Assembly (NCBI GenBank): GCA_963664705.1 | Contig: OY761556.1 | Span: 5,760,001 to 5,824,000, forward strand | Length of the DNA: 64,000 bases | Direction: 5' to 3' | From: Acidobacteriota bacterium | GTDB taxonomy: Bacteria > Acidobacteriota > UBA6911 | In this document: piece after piece, positions 20,170-30,428 of the stretch | Layout of the letters: each line of letters opens with the position of its first letter | How positions within the stretch are numbered: the first letter of the stretch is position 1 | Notes under the pieces: generated by a model | The model's input: only the letters and a program-made list of their open reading frames with translations | What the model was told of the DNA's origin: nothing | Databases searched by the model: none | Program-made: the position numbers and the translations under genes

Positions 20170-20400
20170 GGCCTCACTCTGCGGTTTTTTTTCAGAGCAT
20201 TTCCGAACTCATGGTGAATCTCGTCAATATCAGAACGAACCATTTTCCGACGGCGGTTGCTGGAAACTCGGGCGATGATCAGGCAGCGTCCGTCGAATGC
20301 AATCGTCAGCGGCGTGGTCTCAACGCCCATTGTTCTAGGATAGGTTTATTAACTCCAAAAAGGCGGTATTTGTGGGTCGCAGCTTTCTATTGGATACCGT
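20170..20400 (-). pseudogene. AbrB/MazE-type antitoxin pseudogene
   Basis: Frameshifted NKPILEQ / GVETTPLTIAFDGRCLIIARV...EFGNALKK directly upstream of doc. Confidence 0.6.
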
Positions 20401-20589
20401 GCCGGCAATGCCTTTACGATGCCATTTGAAACGATTGATCAATCTTACCTGATTGACCATGCTCTATCTGCGCCCATCCAAATGGTAGCCGCGTTCTTGG
20501 ATCTATGACGGAAAGTCCAGTTTGGATGAGGCTTTGGCCAACGAGTCCATGCCGTTGTTCGTCTTTCAAAGTTTGTCTCTGTCATTGTG

Positions 20590-22320
20590 TTATGCCGGCA
20601 GGCCAATGCGGCGACAGAAATGGGCAACGCGTGGGTCTGAGCGCATGGGATCGAACGGCGGAAATGCCTGCAAACCGATCATTAACCAATCGCGCTGTTC
20701 GTAGCCTTGCTCCAGGTATCGAAACGCTTCATCTCTTTCTCCGAGGAGATAATAAACAAGCGACAAAATGAGCGGACTCACACCAGGTCCTTCTTTGACC
20801 TCGAGAGCTTCACGCAAAGTTTTCCGCGCCTGTTCATTCCTTCCGGCAAGCGCGTGGATCCAGGCCACGAGCTCCGGCCTCATGCCAACTTGAGCAAACT
20901 CTGCGAGAGCTTCTTCGTATCTCGACTGAAGAGCGTATATGTGAGCGAGACCAACATGAGCCGGAAAGCAATTCGGATCAAGCTCGAGCACCTTATGCAA
21001 TTGCCTAATGGCTTCATCGTATTGGCGTGCATTAAACATGGCGAAAGCCAGGTCATAATTGGCATTGCCCGAAAACGGGTCCAACTCCCGTGCATGCCGA
21101 GCCTCCACAAGGGCTTGCTCGCATCGCCCCATGAGCGATAGGAATTCTGAATATGCGCGGTGCACATTGCTCGATCCGGGCTCCAAATTGATGGCGCGGA
21201 GGAAGCCCGCGTCGGCGCCTGCCCAGTCCCAATCGTTTAAGGCTTTAATGATTGCCAGGGAAGTGTGAGCGTTGGCGAGGTCGGGGTCCAGTTCAATAGC
21301 GCGATGTGCAGCTTCTCTTGCCTGGAGGGCTAACTTCCTCGGTAAACCCTGGTAGAAAGCTTGAAAAACAAAAGTGTCGGCAATGCCGGCGTAAGCTGGT
21401 GCGTAAAGCGGGTCCTCTTCCGCGGCTTGTTGGAAATGCGCAAGGGCCTTCTCATGATCGTACGGGTTTGCCCGATTCAGGTAGTAGCGACCCTTGAGAT
21501 AAAGCTCGTAAGCTTGCGGCGCAACCGTGCGTGTTGCGGCTGCCCGCGCAGGGGTGAGTTGGACGTGAACGCGCATAGCGATCATCTGTGCCACCTCGCG
21601 CTGGAGGGCGAGGATGCTGCTCATTTCACGTTCATAGCTTTGTGCCCAGATATGGGTTTGATCGCTGGCCTGGATGAGTTGGGCGGTGATCCGTACCCTA
21701 CCGTCGGCGCGCCGCATGCTCCCCTCAACAATATATTCGACGCCCAGATCTCGCCCGATTTCCTTAATGCTCTTGCTTGTCGCCTTGTATCTCATCATGG
21801 AGGTGCGGGCAATAACGCCCAGGCGCGCCGGATTCAAGCCGGCGAGCTGAGTTATCAGCTCTTCCGTCATGCCATCCACGAAGAATTCTTCTTCGGCAAT
21901 GCCAGTCAGATTTATCAGGGGCAGGACTGCCAGCATCAGCTTTCTCATGGCCGGAGCGGCATCGACAGAAGGTACGCTGCGAAGCTGCTGTACCGGCGCA
22001 ATGAAGCGGTATCCGCGGCGTGGAACCGTTTGAATATATTTTGGATTTTCCGCAGAGTCGCCGATCGCCTCACGAAGTTTGTTGATCGCGGTGTTGAGGC
22101 CGTGATCGAAATCTACAAACGTGTCCGCCTGCCAGAGGTTCTGCCGCAACACATCACGCGTGACCATGTCGCCGGGTCTTTCCAGAAGGAGAACCAAAAT
22201 TTGTAAAGGTTTATCCTGGATCCTGACCAGTGTCCCGCGCTTTCTCAACTCGCCGGTGCGAGCATCAAACTCGAACACTCCGAAGCGGGATACCAGCGAT
22301 GGCCCGTCAACATTGCGCAC
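20590..22320 (-). CDS. Winged-HTH (OmpR/CadC-type)-TolB-like-TPR transcriptional regulator
   Basis: RFGVFEFDARTGELRK...IQTVPRRGYRF, LAVLPLINL...FFVDGMTEELIT, TPRs, RSDPR C-terminus; GTG 22320 has an AAGGAG RBS. Confidence 0.9.
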   Translation of the reverse strand: MRNVDGPSLVSRFGVFEFDARTGELRKRGTLVRIQDKPLQILVLLLERPGDMVTRDVLRQNLWQADTFVDFDHGLNTAINKLREAIGDSAENPKYIQTVPRRGYRFIAPVQQLRSVPSVDAAPAMRKLMLAVLPLINLTGIAEEEFFVDGMTEELITQLAGLNPARLGVIARTSMMRYKATSKSIKEIGRDLGVEYIVEGSMRRADGRVRITAQLIQASDQTHIWAQSYEREMSSILALQREVAQMIAMRVHVQLTPARAAATRTVAPQAYELYLKGRYYLNRANPYDHEKALAHFQQAAEEDPLYAPAYAGIADTFVFQAFYQGLPRKLALQAREAAHRAIELDPDLANAHTSLAIIKALNDWDWAGADAGFLRAINLEPGSSNVHRAYSEFLSLMGRCEQALVEARHARELDPFSGNANYDLAFAMFNARQYDEAIRQLHKVLELDPNCFPAHVGLAHIYALQSRYEEALAEFAQVGMRPELVAWIHALAGRNEQARKTLREALEVKEGPGVSPLILSLVYYLLGERDEAFRYLEQGYEQRDWLMIGLQAFPPFDPMRSDPRVAHFCRRIGLPA

Positions 22321-22560
22321 AGGCGTCTCCTTGATTTTGCGGAGTTTACCATCATCCCGAAGACAAGCCAAGCACTGCGCAAACATCCTATGCGCCACAA
22401 ACTGACAAAATGCAAATAGTTAGCGGGTGACAAAAAGTTGAGCGACAGGTGATAAGCGGTGTATTGAAAATTTGAATAGAATGAGCAAGATTGAAGCTGA
22501 ATCGGAGCCGCCCAACTTAGGGGGCGCATATACATCATCAAACATACGAGAAGGAGGCAT

Positions 22561-23403
22561 GTGGTGAAATTGAGCAAATCAATGAATGGCATGTGGGTGT
22601 GCTTTCTGATTGCGGTTGTCTTTAATGGCCTCCTGTCGGCCGCGACTGTCGATGGCATCCAAATACATTCGTCGGTCAGCGGCAAAGGACCGAAAACAAT
22701 CATTCTGGTACACGGCTGGACATGCGATGAAACCACCTGGCAATCACAGGTTTCCGCACTTGCGGGGGATTTCCAAGTCATCACCCTGGATTTGCCCGGG
22801 CACGGACGCAGCGGCTCGCCCAAAGACGGCAAGTTTTCTGTGGATTTATTTGCTCGCGCTATCGAGGCCGTCCGGAGCGAAGCAAAGGCCGATCGGGTTG
22901 CGCTGGCAGGGCACAGCATGGGCACTCCGGTGGTCATTCAATACGCGCGGCTGTACCCACAGCACACGGTTGCCCTGGTTCTTGTAGACGGGCTGGTTTC
23001 GGCGCCCCCCCAATCTCTCGTTACCTCTATGGCGGATCAATTCACGGGGCCGGACGGGTTGAAGGCGCGCGAAGGTATGATTCGAAGCATGTTTTCAGCC
23101 ACCACCTCTCCGGACATACAGAAGCATATTTTATCAATGATGTTGAGAGCGCCAGTGGCAACAGCGGTAGGTGCGCTGAAAGCAGCGCTGGATCCCGCCA
23201 TTTGGAAGGAGGATGTGTTCAATATTCCTGTTCTTGGAGTTTTTGCGGATTCGCCCTCGGCTGATGCCGGCGCGTCGATGAAATCCCGTTTCCCACAGCT
23301 GGAATACCACATGATTCCAGGCGCGGGTCATTTCCTGATGCTGGAAAAGGCGGAGGAGTTCAATCGCCTGCTTAAAGCTTTCCTCGTAAAACAAGCATTC
23401 TGA
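22561..23403 (+). CDS. Secreted alpha/beta hydrolase
   Basis: Signal peptide, LVHGW, DLPGHGRS, GHSMG nucleophile, GAGHFLMLE. Confidence 0.9.
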   Translation: MVKLSKSMNGMWVCFLIAVVFNGLLSAATVDGIQIHSSVSGKGPKTIILVHGWTCDETTWQSQVSALAGDFQVITLDLPGHGRSGSPKDGKFSVDLFARAIEAVRSEAKADRVALAGHSMGTPVVIQYARLYPQHTVALVLVDGLVSAPPQSLVTSMADQFTGPDGLKAREGMIRSMFSATTSPDIQKHILSMMLRAPVATAVGALKAALDPAIWKEDVFNIPVLGVFADSPSADAGASMKSRFPQLEYHMIPGAGHFLMLEKAEEFNRLLKAFLVKQAF

Positions 23404-23471
23404 TTTCAACTCCATGGCACAGAATGTATCACCTGTTTTTCGCACGAATTGGCATGAAAGGCAGAAAAGTC

Positions 23472-24131
23472 ATGAAACTGCAGCGACTGGGAGGATACTC
23501 GGCAATCGCATCCGTAATTGGGGTGGCGGTTTATATTGCACTTGTCATCTCGGGAATCAATATAGATCTGAGCGAGCCGGCTAAGTTCATTGCTGCCGTA
23601 TCGGCCACGCCCGTCAGTTTTTATGCACTTTGCGTGTTACAGATTGTTCGCTTCACTCTTTGGCAGATCATGTTTATTGCACTTTACGAACGCGTGCAAA
23701 ACAAATCGACTCCACTTGCCCGAGCGTCTCTGATGGCTGCATCAACCAGCATCGCAGTTTTGATTACGGTTGCTATCCTGTATTTCAACACCATCCGAAT
23801 TGTTCTTCAGCAAAGGATTCCAATGCAGGATTTTGCAGCTTATGGGGCTATTGATGCAATCGCCGGCGGATTGATTCTTGCGACCGCTCACTTTTTGGGC
23901 TGGGCTTTTCTGCTGATGGGATGTGCAATCATAAGAGCGTGCGCTTTTTCAGCCATTCTAGGCTGGTTGTTTGCCATAACGGGTCTCTTTGGAATAATGG
24001 CTTTCATTTATCTGCCATTGGCGTCCGTTTTCCTTCTGATGGTTTGTGTGGTTTCTTCCTGGGTTGGAGCCGCAATGCTTCGGAAGAAGAAGCCCCAATC
24101 CGTCTTGGAGGAAGTTGCGGTTTCGAAATGA
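23472..24131 (+). CDS. Membrane protein (DUF4386-like, about 6 TM)
   Basis: MKLQRLGGYSAIAS start followed by multiple hydrophobic helices. Confidence 0.7.
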   Translation: MKLQRLGGYSAIASVIGVAVYIALVISGINIDLSEPAKFIAAVSATPVSFYALCVLQIVRFTLWQIMFIALYERVQNKSTPLARASLMAASTSIAVLITVAILYFNTIRIVLQQRIPMQDFAAYGAIDAIAGGLILATAHFLGWAFLLMGCAIIRACAFSAILGWLFAITGLFGIMAFIYLPLASVFLLMVCVVSSWVGAAMLRKKKPQSVLEEVAVSK

Positions 24132-24155
24132 GCCGACTTCTGTTCGCCACGTTTG

Positions 24156-24222
24156 AACCCGCAAAGACCGCAAAGGCTGCGAAGAAAGAATTTCTTAGCG
24201 GTCTCCGGGGGCCTTCGTGGTT
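24156..24222. repeat. REP-like imperfect palindrome with 9-bp internal repeats
   Basis: AACCCGCAAAGACCGCAAAGGCTGCGAAG...CTTAGCGGTCTCCGGGGGCCTTCGTGGTT. Confidence 0.5.
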
Positions 24223-24224
24223 AG

Positions 24225-24420
24225 TCAGGCAGATTTCGGAAAATGCATGCGTCGCACAAACTTTCCTACCCCGGGGATAAACCTCACAAAATCAAACGAA
24301 GGCAGCGCTTTTAGGATGACGAGACCGCTGTCCCGCTCATTAAAGGCTCTTTCGAACCATGCAAAAGCCTGAATCAGGCGCCCCAGCTGAGGGCCAGGAT
24401 GGCCATGGCGTAGTTTGATT
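24225..24420 (-). pseudogene. 3' remnant of a TolB-TPR regulator or kinase
   Basis: LGRLIQAFAWFERAFNERDSGLVILKALPSFDFVR...KFVRRMHFP resembles the C-termini of 20590-22320 and 28492-30249. Confidence 0.65.
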
Positions 24421-24546
24421 TGCCATCCCGTTACTTGCCTTATTAAGGATGGTTCTGTGGATGACTTTGCCACGCCTAAGCCAAGGCCACTGGACAATTC
24501 AAACGGGTTCGAAACAAAACAGGCCTTTTACAGACAGGGGGGATCT

Positions 24547-24755
24547 ATGAAGCTTCAGAGACTCGGAGGATATGCTGCTTTTGCTTCTATTTGTGCCTGT
24601 CTGGCGGCTGTTCCTATATACATCTCATACTGGACCATTTTGGACTGTTTCGAAATAACTGATTGGTTTACTTTGCACTTCATAAACACATCCAGAACAG
24701 AGTGTCTTGGCTTACCCGCATACCGGTGATTATGGCATCGACCGGCACCATTGCT
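24547..24755 (+). pseudogene. Degenerate paralog of the membrane protein 23472-24131
   Basis: MKLQRLGGYAAFAS start, then in another frame YFALHKHIQNRVSWLTRIPVIMASTGTIA, matching FIALYERVQNKSTPLARASLMAASTSIA. Confidence 0.7.
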
Positions 24756-24762
24756 TGTTGAT

Positions 24763-24791
24763 CATCATCGAATCATCATCGAAACGTCATG
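24763..24791 (+). promoter_or_regulatory. 11-bp-period direct-repeat operator, copy 1
   Basis: CATCATCGAAT CATCATCGAAA CGTCATG; 28 of 29 nt identical to 30308-30336. Confidence 0.65.
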
Positions 24792-24856
24792 CAGCGGCGG
24801 GACAATTGCCGCATCATATCTCGGCAAAGGGATAAGAAATCGCTTTGGAGGGGCAT

Positions 24857-26413
24857 ATGAGGGTATTGGAAATTGTCTTTCTCGCTTTAACCGTGGCTGC
24901 GCTCATCGGGTTGCTGAAGGACAACGCGGGTAAGTCGCGCGTCTTTTCCGTGATTTTGGGGTGCACCTTCCTGGCGCTCATGCTGCATCTAATAATTGAA
25001 GGTTGGCGCTGGCAGGTGGTTCCTGGATACGGTGCGGGCGCAGCAATCCTGATCATTTCGGCGAAGAGGATGTTTCGGAAGCACGATGCCGACGACCAGC
25101 GGCGAAAATGGTTCCGAACAGCGCTGAAGTTTCTACTCTCGGGCACAGCAATGATCCTGGTGCTGATTTCTGGGATTCTTTCCTGGGCCTTCCCGGTTTT
25201 TAAATTGCCGGATCCGACGGGACCCTATCGGGTCGGCCAATCGCAGTGGTTTCTGTTGGACAAATCACGCGAAGAAACACAGACAGTTGAACCTGGCGAT
25301 TGCCGCGAACTTTCGGTCCTGAGCTGGTATCCAGCCGAAGCTACGGGTATGACCAAGATGGCAGAATATTTTCCCAAAGGCATAGCCAAAGCTATCCTCG
25401 CCGACTCACATGCATCGAGCCTGCTTGGATTAGCACGCCTTCGGGAAACCGGTGTGGGATTCTTTTTTGACTATATGCGTCTTGTTCACACCCATGCATA
25501 TCCAAATGCGGCCGTCTCACCAAAGCACCCCCCATATCCGGTGCTTGTTTTTTCGCATGGTTACGGTGCTCTCCCTGCACAAAATACCGTATTGATGGAA
25601 GAACTGGCCAGCCATGGTTACGCCGTTTTCAGTATCGGACACACTTATGAATCCCTGGTAGAAATTTTTCCTGATGGGCGAAAAATCCGATACTCACCCA
25701 GGTTTAGTGTTGATTCAGTGATTTCCAAGCTGGGAAACGAGATAGAAAAAAGCAAAGTGGATGATTTGGCGGCATTGATCGCGATCTTCAAGAGATACAA
25801 CACAACGAAAGCTTTCGAGAGTATCCCCATTTGGTTGGCGGATACCCGGTTTGTTATCGATTGGCTGGAAGAGAAGAATGCCAAAGACCCCGAGAGCCCT
25901 TTTTACGGGCGGCTCGATTTAACCAAGCTGGGTGTTTTGGGAATGTCATACGGGGGATCCACCGCCTGCCAGATTGCCTTTGAGGACCAGCGTGTAAAAG
26001 CCGTCATCAATATGGACGGCGGCACGCCGCTTGGAGATTCGATCGACTATTCGTTCGACATCCCCGTCATGTTTATGAAATCCGAACCACCACTAACGGT
26101 ACTTGCAGGAACTCATCGAAAGATGATCGAGTACATGATGGGGAGAACCCACAATGCTTTCTATAGCATTTTCGTCAGCGGAGCGCGGCATCTCAATTTT
26201 ACCGATATTTCCATATTCTCACCCGTTTTGAAATATACAAGCGAGAAAATTGGCAACATTGATGGCGATAAGATGTTGAATATTATGAACTGCTACATTG
26301 TTGCATTCTTTGACAAACATCTAAAGGGAATCGATTCACCGCTTCTCAACGGTCCTTCAGCGGACTTCCCGGAAGTAATATTTAAGGCACGGATTCCACA
26401 TACCTCCGACTAA
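24857..26413 (+). CDS. Membrane-anchored PAF-acetylhydrolase-like carboxylic ester hydrolase
   Basis: N-terminal TMs, PDPTGPYRVG, PVLVFSHGYG, GMSYGG nucleophile, NMDG, GARHLNFTD. Confidence 0.88.
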   Translation: MRVLEIVFLALTVAALIGLLKDNAGKSRVFSVILGCTFLALMLHLIIEGWRWQVVPGYGAGAAILIISAKRMFRKHDADDQRRKWFRTALKFLLSGTAMILVLISGILSWAFPVFKLPDPTGPYRVGQSQWFLLDKSREETQTVEPGDCRELSVLSWYPAEATGMTKMAEYFPKGIAKAILADSHASSLLGLARLRETGVGFFFDYMRLVHTHAYPNAAVSPKHPPYPVLVFSHGYGALPAQNTVLMEELASHGYAVFSIGHTYESLVEIFPDGRKIRYSPRFSVDSVISKLGNEIEKSKVDDLAALIAIFKRYNTTKAFESIPIWLADTRFVIDWLEEKNAKDPESPFYGRLDLTKLGVLGMSYGGSTACQIAFEDQRVKAVINMDGGTPLGDSIDYSFDIPVMFMKSEPPLTVLAGTHRKMIEYMMGRTHNAFYSIFVSGARHLNFTDISIFSPVLKYTSEKIGNIDGDKMLNIMNCYIVAFFDKHLKGIDSPLLNGPSADFPEVIFKARIPHTSD

Positions 26414-26435
26414 CTCCCAGAGGAGAGACGCGATC

Positions 26436-27368
26436 ATGAAGTATTTGAAATGGATCATGGCGGTTTTGGCAGTCCTAATAATTGCTATAGCGGTGTATCC
26501 ATTCTTCGTGCGCGACACCGAGACCATCGTGTTGGACGATGCTGCAAGGGCATCGATGCCGAACGAATCCTTCGTGAAACTGTCGGACGGGTACACCCAT
26601 TACCAATGGGGCGGCCCTAAGGACGGCCCGACTGTGGTGTTGGTACATGGCGCCGGAGCTCCCTATTTTATGTGGGAATATCAGTTCGGCGCGCTGGTGC
26701 AGGCCGGCTTTCACGTCCTCCGCTATGACCTCTTCGGACGAGGCTTGTCGGATCGGCCGAGCGTGTACACGGCAGACCTTTACGATCGGCAATTGCTTGA
26801 ACTACTCGATTCGCAGGGCATTAAAGCGCCCGTAGATTTGGCCGGCATATCGATGGGCGGCGCTATCACGGTTCGGTTCATCGATCGTCATCCCGAGCGT
26901 GTGAGGAAATTCGCCCTCTTTGGAGTGGGATCCTCCGGGCATCTTCCGCTGTATATGCGAATTCTCAGTTTGCCGCTCGTTGGCGAGTGGGTTATGAAAG
27001 GCTTTCTTGAAAAGGCGATTAAATCAAATAGTCAGAGCGTTATGCGCGATCCCGACAAATCTCGGGAATATATGCAGAAAATACTACAGCAAATGCAGTA
27101 CAAAGGAACCAGGCGTGCGCTCCTGGAAACACTGCGGGACGGCTTTGGCGGATTGATGCCGCTCTACGAGCGTGTTGGCAAGAGCGGCAAGCCAGGCATC
27201 CTGTTCTCGGGAACCGAGGATCTCCTGGTGCCATTTGCGGAGCACGCTCAGGTGCAGGCGGCCATTCCGTCTATCGAGTTTCACGCCGTCCAAGGTGCAG
27301 GCCATGACAGCATTTTTGAGGCGCCCGACGCTGTAAATCCGCTGCTGATCGAATTTTTGAAACGGTAA
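26436..27368 (+). CDS. Membrane-anchored alpha/beta hydrolase (paralog A)
   Basis: VLVHG, YDLFGRGLSDRP, GISMGG, GAGHD. Confidence 0.9.
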   Translation: MKYLKWIMAVLAVLIIAIAVYPFFVRDTETIVLDDAARASMPNESFVKLSDGYTHYQWGGPKDGPTVVLVHGAGAPYFMWEYQFGALVQAGFHVLRYDLFGRGLSDRPSVYTADLYDRQLLELLDSQGIKAPVDLAGISMGGAITVRFIDRHPERVRKFALFGVGSSGHLPLYMRILSLPLVGEWVMKGFLEKAIKSNSQSVMRDPDKSREYMQKILQQMQYKGTRRALLETLRDGFGGLMPLYERVGKSGKPGILFSGTEDLLVPFAEHAQVQAAIPSIEFHAVQGAGHDSIFEAPDAVNPLLIEFLKR

Positions 27369-27484
27369 TCATATTTTGTTGCATACCTGGCCTCGTGCTG
27401 CTGCATCAATCATGAGTGGTATCATGTTCATTCCGGATACCGATTGTTAACAAAAAGCGCTTTTGGCCGAAACAGGGGACCGTC

Positions 27485-28210
27485 ATGTCTGATTTCAGCA
27501 AGTCGCGGTGGTCGGATAACAGTTACTCCCAAGAGTATCGCGAGCACGCAGACGGTTACATTCCGGAGCGACGAAATCTGATCGGTATCACGAAATCTCT
27601 TTATAGACACTTTGTCAGGGGAAATCAGCCACGTCGGATACTTGATCTTGGCTGCGGCGATGGCCTAATGGTGGAAGAGCTGCTCAAGATGGACGATAGC
27701 GTGGATGCCACGTTGGTGGATGGCTCGCACGAAATGCTCCAGGCTGCAGGCATTCGGCTGGCTCGATTTGAAAATGTGCATCGGATCCAAGCAAGCTTCC
27801 AGGATTTACTGGTGCAGGATCCATTGCCAAAAGCTTTCAGCTTTGTTTTGTCCTCTTTAGCAATTCATCACCTTGCTATGACGGAAAAGGAGGCGATGTT
27901 TGAATACATATATCGCCATCTTGATTCCGGAGGCTTTTTTCTAATCATTGATGTGGTCCTTGCGCCGACTGACGATTTGGAACAATGGAACATGGTGCTC
28001 TGGCGGGAGTGGATTGACACGTATATCGCCGGTTCACAAAAGGAAGCTCTTCTCAGCGTGCCGCGGAAGTATAAAGAAAACCTGGATAATACGCCAGACT
28101 CATTGATGATGCAGTTGCAGGCATTGGAGAAAATTGGTTTTAGGAACGTGGATTGCTATTACAAGTACGGTGTTTTTGCGATGTTTGGCGGAAGCAAAGC
28201 AGAAGAGTGA
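27485..28210 (+). CDS. Class I SAM-dependent methyltransferase
   Basis: ILDLGCGDG, VDGSHEML, VLSSLAIHHL, GFRNVDCYYK. Confidence 0.9.
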   Translation: MSDFSKSRWSDNSYSQEYREHADGYIPERRNLIGITKSLYRHFVRGNQPRRILDLGCGDGLMVEELLKMDDSVDATLVDGSHEMLQAAGIRLARFENVHRIQASFQDLLVQDPLPKAFSFVLSSLAIHHLAMTEKEAMFEYIYRHLDSGGFFLIIDVVLAPTDDLEQWNMVLWREWIDTYIAGSQKEALLSVPRKYKENLDNTPDSLMMQLQALEKIGFRNVDCYYKYGVFAMFGGSKAEE

Positions 28211-28229
28211 AGCTCTTTCATATTGTTGA

Positions 28230-28403
28230 ATCTCACACTGCCAACAGGTGGCGGCCGAATTAGTATCCGGGGCGATGCACTCCGGTGAAGCTCCAAAAAT
28301 ATTCGCCAATTATAAGATTCTGAAATATGAAGAGCCGGTGGAACGTGGAGACTGGGCGAACCGGAAAACGCAGCCGTTGATCCGGCTGGTGGCGACGCAC
28401 TGA
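28230..28403 (+). pseudogene. Possible 3' remnant of a TehB-like methyltransferase
   Basis: GEAPKIFANYKILKYEEPVERGDWANRKTQPLIRLVATH* resembles the C-terminus of such methyltransferases. Confidence 0.35.
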
Positions 28404-28491
28404 AAAGCCCGGATAATCACTTCAGGGCGCGTCCGGTTGCTTGGAATGAACTGGCCGATTTCTCATCATTTGTTCGCTACATCTGGATGGC

Positions 28492-30249
28492 CTATGGAAT
28501 TCCGATGCGCTGCACCAGATCTTGGAATCGCGGATCCGACCTTAACGGATCAAACCATTCCCATGTCTTCAACAAGACCATGCGACCGTCGTGTTCTTTA
28601 TAAGATTTCTCAAGACATTTGATCGCGTTGTCGACATCGCCGAGTCGTGCGTAATTCCTGGCGCGGAAGAATTGCTGCTCGCCTTCGCGGCGTCCTCTTT
28701 TTGTTCCATCTACCGGGAGATCTCCCATGGCTCCGAGGTGCATATCCAAAGCCCAACGATAATAGCCGGCAACCCCTCCTTCCCGAAATTCACGCCGGGC
28801 TGCGGTCGCCCCACTGTTTGTGAATAGACCGGCCTTCTCATACTCCGCGATCATCTCTTCGATCCTGCCTTGCGCTTCATGTATACGAGCGAGAATGTAA
28901 TGCGTCCGCGGAAAGGCTGGGAAAAGATCGAGCGCTCGCGAGGCATAATCCATTGCCTGGGAATAATCTCTGATCCAATAACAAATCTCTTCTGCCACAC
29001 TAAGGTAAGCTAGATTGACTGGATCAAGTTCGATTGCACATCGCAACGCCTCCCGTGCTTTTTCGGTGTCCAGTTCCGTAGCAGCCAGGCATGCACGATA
29101 TAGCTGGATCAGAGCAGAGTTGGGTTGAAGACGCAGGGCCCGATCCAAAGCTTGCTCGGTTCCACGCCAATTCCAATCATGGAAGAGAAGTACCATTGCC
29201 GCCGCGCCATGCGCTTCGGCGAGTGTCTGGTCCAGAAGTAAAGCCCGTTCCGCCGCCTTCCCGGCCATGACGAGAAACTGTCGTTGCGTATCGACGCTGT
29301 AGTTATTGCCGGCCGGTATCCCGCGTACCCCATATGCCCAGGCAAGGGCAGAATGAACCTCGGCGAACAGGGGATCTCCGGCGATAGCCTGTTCGAAACA
29401 GCTGATCGCCCTGTCAACATCCGGCGGGGTGAATTTATTCAGAAAATACGTGCCCTTCAAGTAAGCTTCGAGGACTGGTGGTGCGACGCGATAATTCTTA
29501 TCGAGTCTCTTCGTTTCCTCCGGCGTGACGACGGCGTGAATCTCGCGGGCAATCCCTTGGGCGAGTTCGGAATGCAGCGCAAGAACATCTCCAAGGTCAC
29601 GATCGTAGATTTCAGCCCAAAGATGCTCGTCTGTGGCCGCATAAACCAGCTGCGCGCTGACGCGTACGCGCTCATTCGCCACTAGCACTGTCCCTTCAAC
29701 AACTGCGTCCACTCTCAACTCTCGGGCAATCTGAGGCGCCTTTTTCGCCGAATGCTTGTAGGTCATCGCCGATGTTCTCGAGATCACCTTGAGGGCGCCA
29801 ATCTTGGCAAGAGCGGAAATCAGCGATTCCGTCATCCCATCGGCAAAATATTCTAGCTGGGGATCCCCCGTAATGTTGGTGAGCGGAAGAACCGCCAGGG
29901 AGCGAATCGCCCGCGAAGAGGCCGCTGAAGCTTCTACGCGCTCGACCGGTGCAACCAGCCGATACCCCCATCCCCGGAGTGCGGCGACATACCGGGGATT
30001 CTCGCTCGGGTCGCCAAGCGCTTCCCTCAGAACGCGGACGCGCTGTGATAAAGCTTCATCATTGACGAATTCATCCGGCCAGACGGTCTCGAGGAGTTCC
30101 TGACGGCTTACAAAATTGGGAGCGCGCTGCGCCAGTGCCGACAGCAGACGAAAAGTACGCGGCGACAGGTTTAGAGTTTTGTCGTCGCGGGCGACACTCC
30201 CATTATTAGTATCGACGGTCAAGTCGCCAATTTGATATCGTTCGCCCAT
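28492..30249 (-). CDS. Winged-HTH-TolB-like-TPR transcriptional regulator
   Basis: YQIGDLTVD...LRGWGYRL, SLAVLPLTN...YFADGMTESLIS, TPRs, FDPLRSDPRF. Confidence 0.9.
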   Translation of the reverse strand: MGERYQIGDLTVDTNNGSVARDDKTLNLSPRTFRLLSALAQRAPNFVSRQELLETVWPDEFVNDEALSQRVRVLREALGDPSENPRYVAALRGWGYRLVAPVERVEASAASSRAIRSLAVLPLTNITGDPQLEYFADGMTESLISALAKIGALKVISRTSAMTYKHSAKKAPQIARELRVDAVVEGTVLVANERVRVSAQLVYAATDEHLWAEIYDRDLGDVLALHSELAQGIAREIHAVVTPEETKRLDKNYRVAPPVLEAYLKGTYFLNKFTPPDVDRAISCFEQAIAGDPLFAEVHSALAWAYGVRGIPAGNNYSVDTQRQFLVMAGKAAERALLLDQTLAEAHGAAAMVLLFHDWNWRGTEQALDRALRLQPNSALIQLYRACLAATELDTEKAREALRCAIELDPVNLAYLSVAEEICYWIRDYSQAMDYASRALDLFPAFPRTHYILARIHEAQGRIEEMIAEYEKAGLFTNSGATAARREFREGGVAGYYRWALDMHLGAMGDLPVDGTKRGRREGEQQFFRARNYARLGDVDNAIKCLEKSYKEHDGRMVLLKTWEWFDPLRSDPRFQDLVQRIGIP

Positions 30250-30307
30250 AGCCGGCCTTTTCAAAACTTGAACAAGCGGTATTGGGGAATTCCTGCTCTC
30301 AATAAAG

Positions 30308-30336
30308 CATCATTGAATCATCATCGAAACGTCATG
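30308..30336 (+). promoter_or_regulatory. 11-bp-period direct-repeat operator, copy 2
   Basis: CATCATTGAAT CATCATCGAAA CGTCATG in the divergent region between the regulator and hydrolase B. Confidence 0.65.
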
Positions 30337-30428
30337 TATCTCCGAGCAAAATATCGCATTGTTGATTGGTAAAGGAAGAGAAAAAAAGAGATTGCAAAAA
30401 GGTCAATCAAATCCATAGGAGAGACATC

